NCBI GenBank assembly: GCA_017381515.1
Contig: JAFOCB010000057.1
Span: forward strand, 1 to 49,929
DNA: 49,929 nt
Source of the DNA: Clostridia bacterium
GTDB taxonomy: Bacteria > Bacillota > Clostridia > Oscillospirales > Acutalibacteraceae
Reading direction: 5' to 3'
The position numbers and the translations under genes are program-made. Below are positions 48,747-49,929 of the stretch, in pieces; within the stretch, counting starts at the first letter, position 1; each line of letters starts with the position of its first letter. Below the pieces are notes generated by a model, which did not search any database, was not told the DNA's origin, and saw only the letters and a list, made by a program, of their open reading frames with translations.

Positions 48747-49460
48747 ATGCTGATTTTCCCTGCAATAGATTTATATGAAAAAAAGGCGGTCCGTCTTTTC
48801 AAAGGTGACTACGAGAATATGACGATATATTCCGAAAATCCTATCGAAATCGCACAGGATTTCGTGAATTCGGGAGCAACCCATATTCACATCGTCGATT
48901 TAGAAGGGGCAAAGGACGGCACCACACCGAATATTTCGGTCGTCCGTCAGATTGCCGCCGAAACCGACCTTTTTATCGAAATTGGTGGCGGTATCAGAGA
49001 TATGGATACGGTTGACGCCTATCTTTCGTCGGGCGTTTCGCGCGTAATTCTCGGCACAGCCGCTGTAAACGACCGCGAATTCTTGACCGCCGCGGTGAAG
49101 AAATACGGAGACAAAATTGCCGTTGGTGCCGACGTAAAAGACGGCTACATCGCGATAAAGGGATGGCTCGAAAGCTCGGCTCTCACCCTCGACGATTTTC
49201 TGCAAGAGATGGAAAAAATCGGGGTTAAATACATAATATGCACCGATATTTCAAAGGACGGAGCAATGCGTGGCACCAACCTCGAGCTTTATAGCCAACT
49301 TTCGCAAAAATATTCCATGAACATAACCGCGTCGGGTGGCGTTTCGACACTCGACGATGTAAAAAAGCTTAACGAATTGAACCTTTACGGCGCAATCATC
49401 GGAAAGGCATATTACATCGGAGCCATTGACTTAAAGGACGCGTTGGAGGTGACACGGTGA
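48747..49460 (+). CDS. hisA: ProFAR isomerase HisA
   Basis: IFPAIDL, GGGIR and SGGVS motifs. Confidence 0.93.
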   Translation: MLIFPAIDLYEKKAVRLFKGDYENMTIYSENPIEIAQDFVNSGATHIHIVDLEGAKDGTTPNISVVRQIAAETDLFIEIGGGIRDMDTVDAYLSSGVSRVILGTAAVNDREFLTAAVKKYGDKIAVGADVKDGYIAIKGWLESSALTLDDFLQEMEKIGVKYIICTDISKDGAMRGTNLELYSQLSQKYSMNITASGGVSTLDDVKKLNELNLYGAIIGKAYYIGAIDLKDALEVTR

Positions 49461-49929
49461 TTACAAAGAGAATAATTCCTTGCCTCGATATAAAAAACGG
49501 CAGGGTAGTAAAGGGCACCAATTTCAAGGGACTCAGCGACGTATCCTCACCGGTTGAGCTTGCGCGACTTTATTCCGACTGTGGCGCGGATGAGCTTGTT
49601 TTTTACGATATCACCGCTTCATTTGAGGAAAGAAAGCTTTTCACCGATATATTAAAAGAGGTGGCGTCAGAAATATTTATTCCCCTCACTGTCGGTGGCG
49701 GAATAAATACGGTTGACGACTTTGACCGCGTTTTAAAGTGCGGCGCGGATAAGGTTAGCGTTAATTCAGGCGCGATAAAAAATCCCGACCTTATCGGTCA
49801 GGCGGCTCAAAAGTATGGAAATCAATGCGTTGTTCTTTCGGTGGATATAAAGCGCGTTGACGGCAAATTCCACGTCTTTGCAAAGGGTGGACGCGAGGAC
49901 ACCGGATTGGACGCAATCGAGTGGATAAA
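49457..49929 (+). CDS. hisF: Imidazole glycerol phosphate synthase cyclase subunit HisF, 5' part (runs off the window)
   Basis: The GTG at 49457 overlaps the hisA stop (GTGA). Translation: (M)[25 protein letters not shown]...LTVGGGI...GADKVSVNS. The frame stays open to the window end and is absent from the ORF track. Confidence 0.9.
   Translation, partial: MITKRIIPCLDIKNGRVVKGTNFKGLSDVSSPVELARLYSDCGADELVFYDITASFEERKLFTDILKEVASEIFIPLTVGGGINTVDDFDRVLKCGADKVSVNSGAIKNPDLIGQAAQKYGNQCVVLSVDIKRVDGKFHVFAKGGREDTGLDAIEWI

Overview
This window reads as core chromosome of an endospore-forming Firmicute, probably Clostridia (Oscillospiraceae/Ruminococcaceae-like). That call is from gene content and synteny only. 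The genes are densely packed housekeeping operons. In order they are:
- a lipoprotein plus a short formate/nitrite-transporter-family gene;
- a YfbR-like HD nucleotidase;
- a yfhO-csbB glycopolymer glycosylation pair, followed by a GH57-like gene;
- a stand-alone tRNA-Arg(ACG);
- an ABC-F ATPase;
- a PflX-like radical SAM protein;
- a fused MacB-type ABC ATPase/permease;
- queH, an alanine/glycine:cation symporter, tadA, and a CPBP protease;
- the conserved block recJ-relA-dtd-MBL-hemZ;
- mtnN;
- the sporulation-associated block (MOP flippase-mazG-hup-S4-yabP-yabQ-divIC-S1);
- a fumarate hydratase alpha subunit, a THUMP RNA methylase, and a DAG-kinase-family lipid kinase;
- CIRCE-groES-groEL;
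- a spoVAD/DUF421 cluster;
- a yerC-hisZGDCBHAF operon that runs off the 3' end.

I saw no transposase, integrase, phage gene, CRISPR array or recognisable defence gene, and I cannot support a large novel multi-gene system here. The items worth a second look are small and were missed by the ORF track:
- a promoter-to-terminator unit of about 88 nt, antisense in the S1/fumarate-hydratase spacer (candidate sRNA);
- a stand-alone 38-codon acidic peptide gene with a Trp near its C-terminus;
- a 58-codon Cys-containing small protein gene inside the spoVAD/DUF421 cluster;
- a 28-codon hydrophobic ORF and a perfect inverted repeat upstream of the ABC transporter;
- tandem CATTAGCG repeats at the promoter of the yerC-his operon;
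- two missing partners: fumarate hydratase alpha without beta, and spoVAD without spoVAC/spoVAE.

All family assignments come from reading the translations and recalling motifs. No database search was run.
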